Position numbers and translations under genes: made by a program. Shown here in pieces: positions 16,205 to 26,477 of a DNA stretch of 39,006 bases (positions are counted from its first letter, which is position 1; each line of letters begins with the position of its first letter). The stretch lies in IMG/VR virus record IMGVR_UViG_3300025659_000312, one strand, 5' to 3'. The notes under the pieces were generated by a model. It was not told the origin of the DNA and ran no database searches. It saw nothing but the letters and a program-made list of their open reading frames with translations. This DNA comes from a virus.

Positions 16205-16970
16205 ATGACTTTAACTTTCTTGTAATTGAATCGGCAATTACTTTACAACCTTTTGATGATAAATGTGTATCATCTACACCAGGTAAAACATCACATATTC
16301 TTAATTTATCATCATTCTGAATAACATTTTTTTCTGTAATGCTCTCAAAACCATCATAAATGCTTCCTTTGTAGTTTATTGGTATAAAATTATTAGGATA
16401 ATGTTTTTTTAACAATTTTCCCACATCATCCCTCCAAGATAATCCTATCCAGCTTGGGTAAGGATTTTTTGGATACTTATGATCTTTTAAATTAGGATCA
16501 TCTCTAATTGCTAAACTTTCAAGGTTTTCTGCAACAGTATCTATTTGATGTAAGATAGTATTATCTATCCATTTTTGCGTCGGTATTTCCTTTATATTAC
16601 CGAAATAACGTTGTATTTTTACATCAGCCACGTCTCGTAACCAATCAGAAAATTGTACTATTGTTGTAGTAATGGAATTTGTCCGGGATGTTCTGTGACA
16701 ATGTTCAATGCTATATAAAGTGGTGGTTAAGTTAGAACCACCATTGGTGTATGTTCCTATAACAAATGCCTTATTCATTTCTTTTGCAACTAAATTTGGC
16801 CAGTTATTTTGTTTTCTATACTGATCGGCATTATAACTTAAATGTTCTAAATGATAGTTGTAGGGTAATACCTTATTTATTTCTTCGATTGACCAACCTT
16901 CTTCATTGTGAAGATACTCGTATTGTAAACCTGAACCCCAAGTGTAACTGCAACCTAAAAATAATATCAT
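16197..16970 (-). CDS. SGNH/GDSL-fold protein (paralog 2)
   Basis: LFLGCSYTWG, NGGSN, DDTHLSSKG. Confidence 0.65.
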   Translation of the reverse strand: MILFLGCSYTWGSGLQYEYLHNEEGWSIEEINKVLPYNYHLEHLSYNADQYRKQNNWPNLVAKEMNKAFVIGTYTNGGSNLTTTLYSIEHCHRTSRTNSITTTIVQFSDWLRDVADVKIQRYFGNIKEIPTQKWIDNTILHQIDTVAENLESLAIRDDPNLKDHKYPKNPYPSWIGLSWRDDVGKLLKKHYPNNFIPINYKGSIYDGFESITEKNVIQNDDKLRICDVLPGVDDTHLSSKGCKVIADSITRKLKSYE

Positions 16971-17491
16971 TTTCCGTACTCCTCTGGATATTCAACCAAT
17001 ATAATTGGTTTTTTATTTTTATATGCCTTTTTATAAGTTTCATAAATATTAGACTTATCATAAAGATTTATTACTTCAATGTCACCTAACATACTTTTTA
17101 ATCCTTCTGTGTAGTCTGCCTTGTGTTGAACACCGGGGTCTAATGGGTCATCACTTCCTTTTCCAACTCTAATAATAACGTGTGAGTCATAACCTGTCAT
17201 ATGTTTAAATTTATCTAAATGGTTAACCAATTGGTTAGTAGCACAAATTAAAAAATCCCATCTTGGATAAAAGGTAATAACACACATATTGGTCATACCT
17301 AAACCAACTGACATACCCATTTGAACTTCTTCAAACACCGGAGTTTCAATTATTTTATCTTTTGGAACATCTAAAATTGTAGTGGACATTGGATTACCTG
17401 CAAATGCAGTTTGTTGTCCTATAAAAATAGTATTTGGTTTTTCTGATAAATACTTCATTGACTTTATCAATTCTTCTTTGTAAGTTAACAT
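16967..17491 (-). CDS. TPP-dependent enzyme, E1-beta or transketolase pyrimidine-binding subunit (short)
   Basis: IFIGQ, IIETPVFEEVQMGMSVGLG, YPRWDFLICATNQLVNHLDK; 174 aa. Confidence 0.85.
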   Translation of the reverse strand: MLTYKEELIKSMKYLSEKPNTIFIGQQTAFAGNPMSTTILDVPKDKIIETPVFEEVQMGMSVGLGMTNMCVITFYPRWDFLICATNQLVNHLDKFKHMTGYDSHVIIRVGKGSDDPLDPGVQHKADYTEGLKSMLGDIEVINLYDKSNIYETYKKAYKNKKPIILVEYPEEYGK

Positions 17492-18690
17492 AGTGTCTCC
17501 AATAATTTTATTTTTTCTGTTTTAGTATTAATAAAATTTAGTAATGTTTTTTGATTGTGTTCTAATATTGGTAAAATATCTATCCACCAATCTCTTAGTT
17601 CTTGGTTTGATTTACTTCTAAATTTGTCCAGTTCGTCAAATATCATAGTCATTCTTTTTTTATGATTTTTTTCTAAATCATAAGATTCATCAATAAATGG
17701 ACTAAATGTTTTGAATCCCAATTCTTTTAACTTTTCCAAAAATAAAGGTGATGAAGTTACGATAAATGGATGCAAATTGTAAATTGGTTTTATTATTTTT
17801 TCAGAAATAAAAATATTATCCAAATCAAAAATAGTTTCCGAAACTACACTCAAAAATGTTTCTTGATACAATTTCCATTCTGACGAAAACATTACATTAA
17901 AATTTGATTTATTTGTTATTTGTTTAGTATCGAGTTCTACAATTTTCTTATCAATAACTTTTTTGTAAGATGAAAAGTATTTTTTATCTAATATCTCTGG
18001 AAAATCCGCTTGATTTGTATCCAACCCTGCCCTTAAAAAACTAATGTTGTTATTCCACAAGTTGTTGTACTCATAATAAGAAGCTAAAGCAATTCTATGT
18101 GGTCTCGCACAATTTCTCATAAAAGTTAAAAAATGTTTACTTTTAGAATCAATATCAATATCACTTACTTTTTTTACGACAAAACTATAATCAAAATTAT
18201 CATCTAATTCCATAGTATTATCTTTTAATTTATTTAATGCAAAAGAAATACCATCAACAACGTGAGTAGACTTTATTATATTGACTGGTGTTTCATTACC
18301 ACTTGATACCAAATCTCCAGATAATAAATACACCTTTGATAAATCGTAATCAACTTTATTATTTTTATACCAATGATTTAAAGATTTTATTGATAATGTA
18401 CCCTCAGATTCATATCCAACAATTATTATGCATTTTTCCTTTTTTACTAACTCTTTTACTTTTTTTGGAATATTATTTAACACCAAATATAGTCCGTTTT
18501 CTTGTATTAATTCAACAAGATAAATATATTTTTTGTTTTCTACTCTACCTATATTAGTTGAATTTACTTTAAATAAATCTTGTAAATCAGAACTATAAAA
18601 TGATCCAGTTAAACACTTCATAAAGTAATCGTTTCTATTCTTGTTATAAAAGTGTTCATCACTATTTATTATATTTAAAATATTACCCAT
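17485..18690 (-). CDS. Putative GT-B glycosyltransferase, GT10-like C-terminus (paralog 1)
   Basis: RPHR, YQETFLSVVSET, FISEKIIKPIYNLHPFI, LGFKTFSPFIDESYD. Confidence 0.55.
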   Translation of the reverse strand: MGNILNIINSDEHFYNKNRNDYFMKCLTGSFYSSDLQDLFKVNSTNIGRVENKKYIYLVELIQENGLYLVLNNIPKKVKELVKKEKCIIIVGYESEGTLSIKSLNHWYKNNKVDYDLSKVYLLSGDLVSSGNETPVNIIKSTHVVDGISFALNKLKDNTMELDDNFDYSFVVKKVSDIDIDSKSKHFLTFMRNCARPHRIALASYYEYNNLWNNNISFLRAGLDTNQADFPEILDKKYFSSYKKVIDKKIVELDTKQITNKSNFNVMFSSEWKLYQETFLSVVSETIFDLDNIFISEKIIKPIYNLHPFIVTSSPLFLEKLKELGFKTFSPFIDESYDLEKNHKKRMTMIFDELDKFRSKSNQELRDWWIDILPILEHNQKTLLNFINTKTEKIKLLETLC

Positions 18691-19304
18691 TTGCCCGTCC
18701 CATAATGTGGATATTTAGATTTATAATTATAATGAATTACATCATCTGGTATATCTCGTTTTTTATTCCAAGTTGCTATTGTTGGTGTTTGGGTAGAAAC
18801 TTCATTATCCTCAACAATAAAATATAAAGGTAAATCAAAATTTCGTGCATATTTATGACACTCATAAAATATACCAGTTTCAAAAGTCATATCACCAACA
18901 AAACACCACACTTTTTGAGATGAATTTTGTCTCTTTAATCCAATGGCAGTTCCAAGTGCTATGGATATAATACCAGTAACAATTGCTGATGAATAAAAAT
19001 TATGGTCTAAATTACATAAAGTTATAGACCTACCTTCTAATATTTCATTTTTAATCCATTCTGGAGATATACCATGACACAATGCATGATAATGTGACCT
19101 CCAAGTAGAAAAAATATGATCATCATAACTAATACGAGAAAATACTTCAATCACTTGTTCTTCATTACCATTTGATAGATGTACTGGGGCATGAATATCT
19201 CCACCTTCCCAATGTTTAACTATATCACTTTCAAAATCAATTAAATTATCAATAGTTAAATCAACATCTCTTACCTTTTTATATTGTTCTAAATTTTTTA
19301 TCAT
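18675..19304 (-). CDS. TPP-dependent enzyme, E1-alpha subunit (short)
   Basis: PVHLSNGNEE, STWRSHYHAL, TPP motif VGDMTFETG...FIVEDN; 209 aa. Confidence 0.85.
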   Translation of the reverse strand: MIKNLEQYKKVRDVDLTIDNLIDFESDIVKHWEGGDIHAPVHLSNGNEEQVIEVFSRISYDDHIFSTWRSHYHALCHGISPEWIKNEILEGRSITLCNLDHNFYSSAIVTGIISIALGTAIGLKRQNSSQKVWCFVGDMTFETGIFYECHKYARNFDLPLYFIVEDNEVSTQTPTIATWNKKRDIPDDVIHYNYKSKYPHYGTGKWVIF

Positions 19305-19307
19305 TTG

Positions 19308-20021
19308 TTACCCTTTTGTTATTGTAAACCCATTATTGGTGAATGAAGCTTTTATATTTTTTTCTTTGGTAAATTTTTTCACATCATGTAATACAGGCTC
19401 ATAGTGAATATCATCACCACCAATTACGGCACCATTCTTTAGTTTTGGCCAATAATTTTTAAGATGATTATAGACAACATCATCTCCGTGATCTCCATCT
19501 ATCCATACAAAATTAAGTGAATTATCATCATATAATCTATGTGAATAAATTTCATCACAAGTAATAAAATTTACAAAATCTACTAAATCTAAATCCCGTA
19601 GTGGATGTTTGCATATATCCACAGGTGAAATAGTGAATTCTTTGAATCTATTATAATACTCTACAAATTGATAAGGATGTCCACATTCTTTATAGGCCTC
19701 TATGGTCATTGGAATCATCCAAAATAAATCTATTGCATCAAATTTTATCTTTTTATTCGATTGTTTTATTAACTCTGCCATTCGTGTTGTAGATTGTCCA
19801 AAAAGTACTCCTATTTCGACAAAATAATCACCATCTTTTGCGTTATTGACCATTTCCTCATAAATAAATTCTGCATCATTTATCCAACCAGGTATATCTG
19901 TATAAGATTTTATTTGAAAAGGATATTTTGTTTTGAAATGAGCAGGATAGCAATGACAATCATCATACGATTTCCACCAACTTTCCTTTTTATGATTACA
20001 ATTGATATGTTTATTATCCAT
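19308..20021 (-). CDS. Class I SAM-dependent methyltransferase (Methyltransf_24-like)
   Basis: FVEIGVLFGQST, FVWIDGDH, GGDD. Confidence 0.85.
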   Translation of the reverse strand: MDNKHINCNHKKESWWKSYDDCHCYPAHFKTKYPFQIKSYTDIPGWINDAEFIYEEMVNNAKDGDYFVEIGVLFGQSTTRMAELIKQSNKKIKFDAIDLFWMIPMTIEAYKECGHPYQFVEYYNRFKEFTISPVDICKHPLRDLDLVDFVNFITCDEIYSHRLYDDNSLNFVWIDGDHGDDVVYNHLKNYWPKLKNGAVIGGDDIHYEPVLHDVKKFTKEKNIKASFTNNGFTITKG

Positions 20022-20041
20022 TTAAAACCTTCTCTTTAATA

Positions 20042-20050
20042 TATAAATAT
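20042..20050 (-). promoter_or_regulatory. Intergenic ATATTTATA motif (candidate promoter)
   Basis: About 20 nt upstream of the methyltransferase start. Confidence 0.4.
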
Positions 20051-20062
20051 TAATATAATGGG

Positions 20063-20479
20063 TTAATCGTTAAAAAAATCGCTACATATTCCAGCAACCT
20101 CAATAATTGGGTTTTCTTTCGGCAATACGGCAATCGATTTATCTGTCAGTTGTTTATTTGGATATGTCCAAATATATCCTTTACTTGTTAAAGTCACATC
20201 ATCTTCTTGATGAAAAAAACAATGTATATTTTTATTTAATAACATTTTATACAACCCTTCAATATTTTTAGCATGACACCAAAATTTTGGATTTTCTAAA
20301 TAATATTCATCAACAAGATATTGAGGTTTATCGTGGCCTAACCAAAAACCAGTATCATCAATCCACCATACATCAATTTCTACATCAAACCCTTGATTTA
20401 ATGCCTCTTGTATATATTCAGGATGATTCTCGTACGCAGATGCACCATTCAAATTTCCTCTATGTGATATCAGTATCAT
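20063..20479 (-). CDS. Small GDPD/PI-PLC-like phosphodiesterase
   Basis: ISHRGN, GFDVEIDVW, LGHD, CHAKN. Confidence 0.8.
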   Translation of the reverse strand: MILISHRGNLNGASAYENHPEYIQEALNQGFDVEIDVWWIDDTGFWLGHDKPQYLVDEYYLENPKFWCHAKNIEGLYKMLLNKNIHCFFHQEDDVTLTSKGYIWTYPNKQLTDKSIAVLPKENPIIEVAGICSDFFND

Positions 20480-21198
20480 TTATTTATATAATTTAATAGC
20501 TTTTCCCCCCAAAGGTGGTGAGCTTCTTGGTTTGGATGCCATTTATCATGACAATATAGTTCATTATCTTTAGTCCACAGATCAAAATTAAAATTATTAT
20601 CATCAATATAAAACCTATCTTTATTTATAAAAGACTCAAAGTAATCATAAGTAATCGTATCCGTTTGATTACTAAAATGACTTATCGAATCAAAAAATAA
20701 ATAATCTGCATCATTAATATCCATAAAACTTTGTAGTCCAATTAATATTTGTATTTGAGATAATTTTAAATATGATTCATTTGATAAAAAATTATCAAAA
20801 AAATTTAATCTATCTTCATAACTCCACTTAATTTTTTTATTATGTCCAATATCACCAAGATAATCACATGATAAATCTTCCTTTTCAATTAGTGATCTTG
20901 CATTAATCCTAAACCACCTTTTTAATTTATCATACCAAAATTCTATCCTAAATTCTTGAGTAAGGCCTATTAAAAATAAAGTATCTTTAATATTTTCCTT
21001 ATTATTTAAACTCCAATCATACAATTTTCTACATATTCTATAATTAGAAGTTCCACTTTTTGATAAATTAATAGAGTTTGCATCAAAATATTTTGCTATA
21101 TAATCTCCATATGTATTATAAACGCCAGAATAATCTTTCATTGCAGCAGAAAAACTACAACCTATTGATACAACATATTTATAATTTTTTTTATACAT
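20476..21198 (-). CDS. SGNH/GDSL-fold protein (paralog 3)
   Basis: VSIGCSFS, NLSKSGTSN, DKWHPNQEAH. Confidence 0.65.
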   Translation of the reverse strand: MYKKNYKYVVSIGCSFSAAMKDYSGVYNTYGDYIAKYFDANSINLSKSGTSNYRICRKLYDWSLNNKENIKDTLFLIGLTQEFRIEFWYDKLKRWFRINARSLIEKEDLSCDYLGDIGHNKKIKWSYEDRLNFFDNFLSNESYLKLSQIQILIGLQSFMDINDADYLFFDSISHFSNQTDTITYDYFESFINKDRFYIDDNNFNFDLWTKDNELYCHDKWHPNQEAHHLWGEKLLNYINK

Positions 21199-22126
21199 TT
21201 TGTAAATGAGTTAATACTGGAACTAATTCTTTATATGAACAATTTTTACAATGGTCGGTTGGATTATTTGTTTCACATCCCTGTTTTACTTCTTGATATT
21301 TTTCATTCATTCTTATCTCATCAATTGAATTTTCAAATAAATTACCAAATGATTCTGTACCCGTATTTAAACAACACATTTTTACATCACCCTCGACTGT
21401 GGTGTATAATCCATTTTTTACCCAAAAACAATCTGGAAAATCCCATTTAGATTTACCCATAATGTTTTCACTCCAATTATCTCTAAGATAATTTAATTGT
21501 TCGTGTGAATATCCTGATGTTGCAATGTCATCACTCATCTTTATATTCTCATCCCAAATCTGTGCTATATTTAATCTTAACATACCTAAATTATTTTCTT
21601 TTCTTAATCTATCTATCTTTTCAATATCTTCTATATTATAAGCATTTACAACATAGTTCACAACCACATCACAATCATAACGATTAATTGTTTCAAAATC
21701 TTTTAAGAACTGAATTAATCTACTCCATTTTGCTGGTGCTCTATCTCTTTCATAATTTTCTTTATAACCATCTATTGAAAAATATAAAATATCAATGTAC
21801 TTCATACACTCTTGAAACTTTCTTCTAAATTCCAATCCCTCTTTTATATTGTATTGACAATTTGTTGCAACAATTAATTTACACTTTGGAAATACTTCTT
21901 TAAATTTTCTACACACTCCATCAAAATGTGGATGTAATAATGGTTCTCCCATACCCATAAGTTTTACTTCTTTGATTGGGTGATGTTTTATTCCATCCAA
22001 TAACTTATCCCAATCCTCTAAACTCATATGTTTTAGTGGTCCTATTACATCTATTCTATTGCAAAAACTACAATCTAAATTACAATAATTTGTAGTTTCT
22101 AAGTATGCGTATGTTATTGGTTTCAT
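21191..22126 (-). CDS. Radical SAM protein with SPASM/twitch C-terminal domain
   Basis: CNLDCSFC, MGEPLLH, C-terminal CFW...CC...CxxC. Confidence 0.92.
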   Translation of the reverse strand: MKPITYAYLETTNYCNLDCSFCNRIDVIGPLKHMSLEDWDKLLDGIKHHPIKEVKLMGMGEPLLHPHFDGVCRKFKEVFPKCKLIVATNCQYNIKEGLEFRRKFQECMKYIDILYFSIDGYKENYERDRAPAKWSRLIQFLKDFETINRYDCDVVVNYVVNAYNIEDIEKIDRLRKENNLGMLRLNIAQIWDENIKMSDDIATSGYSHEQLNYLRDNWSENIMGKSKWDFPDCFWVKNGLYTTVEGDVKMCCLNTGTESFGNLFENSIDEIRMNEKYQEVKQGCETNNPTDHCKNCSYKELVPVLTHLQNV

Positions 22127-22818
22127 ACTTCTCTACCTTTATCTTTATCAAACAACAATAATGAATTAGCTAATCCATTACGAACATATACATCCAAATT
22201 ACTATTTTTCAATAAATAACCATGATAATTATGTAAACCAGAATGATGTTCTTTCCATATATCACTTAATTTATAATATCTTTTCCAACCATTAGAATAC
22301 AAATCAAATGCCAAAGAAGTACCAGTAAAAATATAATCTGGAGATACTACTGAATGTTTCTTTGACTCATCCACCCCCACTCCACCATACACATCAAATT
22401 GATATTTTGTTGGATTATCACTTACTTCTTCCAGGTTCCTCAAAAATAAATCTAAATCTTTAGTGATATCATAATTACTTATGGTCATTAGAACATAATC
22501 AAAAATAAAATTATTATTAAGTTCATAATTTAACTTTAACATATTAACTCGTGTAATTAAATATGAAGCTCGTTCTGGGTTATGATGAACATTTGTCCCT
22601 ACCTTTTTATCAAATTTACATATTTCTGGATTAATAAATTCTTTATCTGTGAAAAAATCAAAACAACTTTTATCTTCAAAATCATCCCAAGTAGATACAA
22701 AAAAATCAAATTGTAACTTATCAGATAATTTATTTAAAATTCTATAAACATTATTAATAATACTAAATGTTCGTGTCTGTCCATAAAAACAAACTGCTAC
22801 TCTTTTATTATCATCCAT
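22123..22818 (-). CDS. Putative GT-A-type glycosyltransferase (paralog of 14208-14897)
   Basis: RVAVCFYGQTR...FDFFVSTWD...FDYVLMT. Confidence 0.55.
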   Translation of the reverse strand: MDDNKRVAVCFYGQTRTFSIINNVYRILNKLSDKLQFDFFVSTWDDFEDKSCFDFFTDKEFINPEICKFDKKVGTNVHHNPERASYLITRVNMLKLNYELNNNFIFDYVLMTISNYDITKDLDLFLRNLEEVSDNPTKYQFDVYGGVGVDESKKHSVVSPDYIFTGTSLAFDLYSNGWKRYYKLSDIWKEHHSGLHNYHGYLLKNSNLDVYVRNGLANSLLLFDKDKGREV

Positions 22819-22910
22819 TATAAAACCTCATAATATCCACCAATACCAAATGACATCTTAGTATTAATTGTTAAATGATTATTATCTATATCATATAAAA
22901 TTTTATCCAT
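22818..22910 (-). CDS. Possible 30 aa micro-ORF or gene remnant
   Basis: MDKILYDIDNNHLTINTKMSFGIGGYYEVL*; TAATG overlap with the next gene. Confidence 0.35.
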   Translation of the reverse strand: MDKILYDIDNNHLTINTKMSFGIGGYYEVL

Positions 22911-22915
22911 ACTCT

Positions 22916-23833
22916 TTAATATTTATCCATTTCATTCAAAACATTTTTTAATAGTGATTTTATTTCAAAATCTTTACAAAATATATCAGACCTTAATTTT
23001 GATTTTCGAATCAACTTTTCATCATCTCTCAATAGAATATCTATATAATCTTTCATTTCTGATATATCCAAGAATGTTACTAAATCTTTATACCTATTCT
23101 CATCTTTTGGATAGCTATGATCTGATATAACATAAATACCCGAAGATAAAAATGGTGCAAGACGAAGAGTTTCTAATCCTTTTCTACTTCTTTCTTGTTT
23201 ACTTTCACCTGAAGCTGGTTCCTGGTGAAGATTAATTAGAATAGGATATTTTGTAATATTAAAAGCATGATCATCAAAAGTAAAACAATTATCTATATTT
23301 TTAATATTTGGCATATATCTCTTCAGTATTTTTGATCTTTTTTCATTATTATTATGTAAAAATGTTATAGGTTCTTTAAAATATTCTGTTCTATATAAGT
23401 TATGATATCTATAATCGTAAATTTTAGAATATCCTGGTGCAAAATATATAACAGGAACATCAATTTTATCTTGTATAGTATCAATATTCAAATGAGTGTA
23501 TGTCCATATAAAATCTAAATTATAAACACTATATTTTTTTTCAACTTCAGATTTATCTTTAAGTATTCTAGCCTCAGTTTCAAATATAACAGTTGTGATA
23601 TTTTTTTGATTATTAATTTTACCAATTTCTTTAGTATTTTTATCTTCTGGATTTGCCATTACAATTAATAATGTTTCAACGCCAGCATCAAATCTATAAT
23701 CAATGTTATCTAAAAATTGAGTATCATAATTTAATTGTAAAAATACATCTTTTAATGCCTCAATAAAAGGAAAACAATACCAATATAAATCGATTGGTGC
23801 AAAAATAACTATTTTATCATACTTCTTCATCAT
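22916..23833 (-). CDS. Putative GT-B glycosyltransferase (CgeB-like C-terminus)
   Basis: ILINLH...LETLRLAPFLSSGIYVISD. Confidence 0.5.
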   Translation of the reverse strand: MMKKYDKIVIFAPIDLYWYCFPFIEALKDVFLQLNYDTQFLDNIDYRFDAGVETLLIVMANPEDKNTKEIGKINNQKNITTVIFETEARILKDKSEVEKKYSVYNLDFIWTYTHLNIDTIQDKIDVPVIYFAPGYSKIYDYRYHNLYRTEYFKEPITFLHNNNEKRSKILKRYMPNIKNIDNCFTFDDHAFNITKYPILINLHQEPASGESKQERSRKGLETLRLAPFLSSGIYVISDHSYPKDENRYKDLVTFLDISEMKDYIDILLRDDEKLIRKSKLRSDIFCKDFEIKSLLKNVLNEMDKY

Positions 23834-24411
23834 TTATATATAAGTTGCTTACTTATACTCATTTTTTTGCAAATAGTAAATCCTGGATTAAACGGCAAAG
23901 TAACTTGTTCAAACTCATCACCAAACTTTTGTTTTATATAAAGAGCTGTAAGATAAACCGTATCTGAAAAATGTGGATCAATATACGATTCATCATATGG
24001 ATAAGTGTCGTGAAAAAAAATAAACCCATCCTCTACTACTCTATCCTTAACATTCATAAAATCTTTTAATGATTGTTCGTGTGAATGGTCTGCATCAATA
24101 AATACAGCATCAAACATAATACCACTTTCTAATTGTTCAAAATATTCATCTGTACTCATTGATAAATATTTTATATTTTCTGGAACAAATACATTTCTTA
24201 AATACTCAGGAATTTCAGACCAAGGTATTAAATCAACACCAATCGCTTCTTTACAAAGCGGCACAACTTTTCTAAAACAATGTCCTCCTCTAACTCCAAG
24301 TTCTAAATATCGCTCCGGTTTTAACCATTTACAAAACAATTCTAAAAATTCTGAATGATTGAGGGTTTCAGGAGGTGGTGGTATATTTCTAAGATGTATG
24401 GGGCTTATCAT
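23830..24411 (-). CDS. Class I SAM-dependent methyltransferase (Methyltransf_24-like)
   Basis: YLELGVRGG, AVFIDADHSHE, FFHDT. Confidence 0.88.
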   Translation of the reverse strand: MISPIHLRNIPPPPETLNHSEFLELFCKWLKPERYLELGVRGGHCFRKVVPLCKEAIGVDLIPWSEIPEYLRNVFVPENIKYLSMSTDEYFEQLESGIMFDAVFIDADHSHEQSLKDFMNVKDRVVEDGFIFFHDTYPYDESYIDPHFSDTVYLTALYIKQKFGDEFEQVTLPFNPGFTICKKMSISKQLIYK

Positions 24412-25959
24412 TCAAATACCTTTCCAATTATTCTCCAGAATATTATAAAATTTAGTTATAATTCTTTCAATACTTTTACATTTCCACAATAATTCTCTAT
24501 TATGATTCAAATCATCTTTGTTATTTTCAATAATACTTACAAGCTTGTCTCTATCATAACTCATTACTTTATTTACCTCTATAATGTTATGAATCATTCT
24601 TTTCCAAGTATTTTCCGTGTAGGTATTACCTTCCTCAACAATGTTATCTGAGCTCTCATCAAATAACCAATCATAAGATTTATATCCATATTTTTTAAAA
24701 TATTTTATAGTATGTCTGTGGCCAAACCATACAATTGGATGATAATTTAAAACTGGATTGAATGTAGATTGATTTAAAAAAACCATATTTGCGTGATCTG
24801 GAAGTGAAACAGACACCCAAGAAAAAATTGACTTTTTATATACATCATACGGAATGGCTTTATTTGAATGGTGTGTATTACTTATATATACACCATTTTT
24901 TTCAAAATTACTCGCTATATATGGTAAATCTGAATCTATTTTATTAAATATTTTTTCATCCTCTTCCTTTATAGCTAAATTTGGTATAGTTCCGTGTGGT
25001 TCATTATTTACAGCGAAATGGGCATCAAATATCTTTGAAATAAATGAAAAAGATTCATCTTTTTTTCCATATAATTTACCAGAATTACAGAAATTTCCAT
25101 CGTAAATTATATTTTTATAATCAAAATATTTATGTTCCACGATAGATTCTTCGAAGTATTTTAATTTATGTAAAATATATAACATCCAATCTCTCGTTGG
25201 GTGGGGCGTCCTATTTACTCGTAATAATTTAGATTCACATTTTTTTATATTTTTAATATACTCTTCTATTGGATAGTCTAAAGCATATTTATTAAATCCA
25301 GTAAATGTTCCCCCCATTTTTTGAAACGAAATAAATGATGCAAGTTCGATGGCACTATCGTGTATAACTTTTATTCTATATCTATCCTCATAGGCTTCTC
25401 CGAGTAAATTACTACATAAAATTATGATTGATGACGGTGGTAGATTATATTCTTTTAAAATAGTATCGAATAAATCATAATACCCATTAAATTTATCTTT
25501 TGGAAATGTTGATGTGGTAAAATTTTCTGCTTCCCATCCTTGATAAAAAAATAATGTTACCTTTCCATTTCTCATATTTTCTAAGATTTCACTATCTTGC
25601 AAAAGAATATCAAAAAAATATGATTTTGTGACTTCGAAGGGATTTTCGAAATTCGTCACTGGATGTAAATCGAATTGAATGATAACTTTTCTATCTGAAT
25701 TAAGTGCATCTTCTAATCTGACATCATGGCATCCGAAGTTGCCGTCATTATCTTTATTATATTCTTTTAGAAATCTCACTACCTTTTCATCGTGGAAAAC
25801 TTTTCTTTCTCCATATATTTCATACATCTCGTGATTAAGAATATTTGTAAAGAAATCACCAACACCTGCTATCAAATCACCATCCCTACTGAATTCTTTT
25901 GGAAAATGAGTAAAGTAACAGTTGTCTATTATGTCCTTTACTATATCGACATAACTCAT
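24412..25959 (-). CDS. Putative GT-B glycosyltransferase, GT10-like C-terminus (paralog 2, divergent)
   Basis: VNRTPHPTR, FLNQSTFNPVLNYHPIV, YGYKSYDWLFDESSD. Confidence 0.5.
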   Translation of the reverse strand: MSYVDIVKDIIDNCYFTHFPKEFSRDGDLIAGVGDFFTNILNHEMYEIYGERKVFHDEKVVRFLKEYNKDNDGNFGCHDVRLEDALNSDRKVIIQFDLHPVTNFENPFEVTKSYFFDILLQDSEILENMRNGKVTLFFYQGWEAENFTTSTFPKDKFNGYYDLFDTILKEYNLPPSSIIILCSNLLGEAYEDRYRIKVIHDSAIELASFISFQKMGGTFTGFNKYALDYPIEEYIKNIKKCESKLLRVNRTPHPTRDWMLYILHKLKYFEESIVEHKYFDYKNIIYDGNFCNSGKLYGKKDESFSFISKIFDAHFAVNNEPHGTIPNLAIKEEDEKIFNKIDSDLPYIASNFEKNGVYISNTHHSNKAIPYDVYKKSIFSWVSVSLPDHANMVFLNQSTFNPVLNYHPIVWFGHRHTIKYFKKYGYKSYDWLFDESSDNIVEEGNTYTENTWKRMIHNIIEVNKVMSYDRDKLVSIIENNKDDLNHNRELLWKCKSIERIITKFYNILENNWKGI

Positions 25960-26477
25960 TTATCTCTCCAATTTAATATAGGATTTTTTATAGGCCAATC
26001 TATACCTATATTTTCATCATTCCACTTTAAACACTTGTCTTGAGCCATCCAATCAACATAATCTTCTGGATAAGATTGTGTATAATGAAATAAACATTCT
26101 TCACTCAAACATAAATGTCCATTAGCAAATCCTGGTGGAACTAAAATACTCAAATGATTTCTTTCTGATATAATAAAACTATCCCACTCTAAATAATTTA
26201 CTGAATCTGGTCTATTATCTACTACAACCAAATATATCTCTCCCCAAACACAAGTAATGTTTTTCCAAGTCACATTATCTCCGTGTAATCCACGAAGAAC
26301 ATTTTTTCTTGAACGAGTAAACTTAGAAATTTTCCATTCATGTCCAGGTGATAAAACTTCATTATCTTTTTCCCAAAAAGTCCACATCTCTCCCCTATAA
26401 TCAAAGAAAGGATCGGGTTTCAATATCTTTACTTCTGGAAATACTTCTGATTCTGATATTTTTACATCAAATGTCAT
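25956..26477 (-). CDS. rfbC: dTDP-4-dehydrorhamnose 3,5-epimerase family (cupin)
   Basis: DYRGEM, SRKNVLRGLHGD, VVDNR, LVPPGFANGH, WNDENIGIDWP. Confidence 0.9.
   Translation of the reverse strand: MTFDVKISESEVFPEVKILKPDPFFDYRGEMWTFWEKDNEVLSPGHEWKISKFTRSRKNVLRGLHGDNVTWKNITCVWGEIYLVVVDNRPDSVNYLEWDSFIISERNHLSILVPPGFANGHLCLSEECLFHYTQSYPEDYVDWMAQDKCLKWNDENIGIDWPIKNPILNWRDK

Noticed and set aside
16967-19304. Pyruvate dehydrogenase auxiliary metabolic gene (pdhA/pdhB) call
   Set aside because: The subunits are much shorter than PDH E1, no E2 or E3 is in view, and the context is sugar biosynthesis, so gene symbols were withheld.
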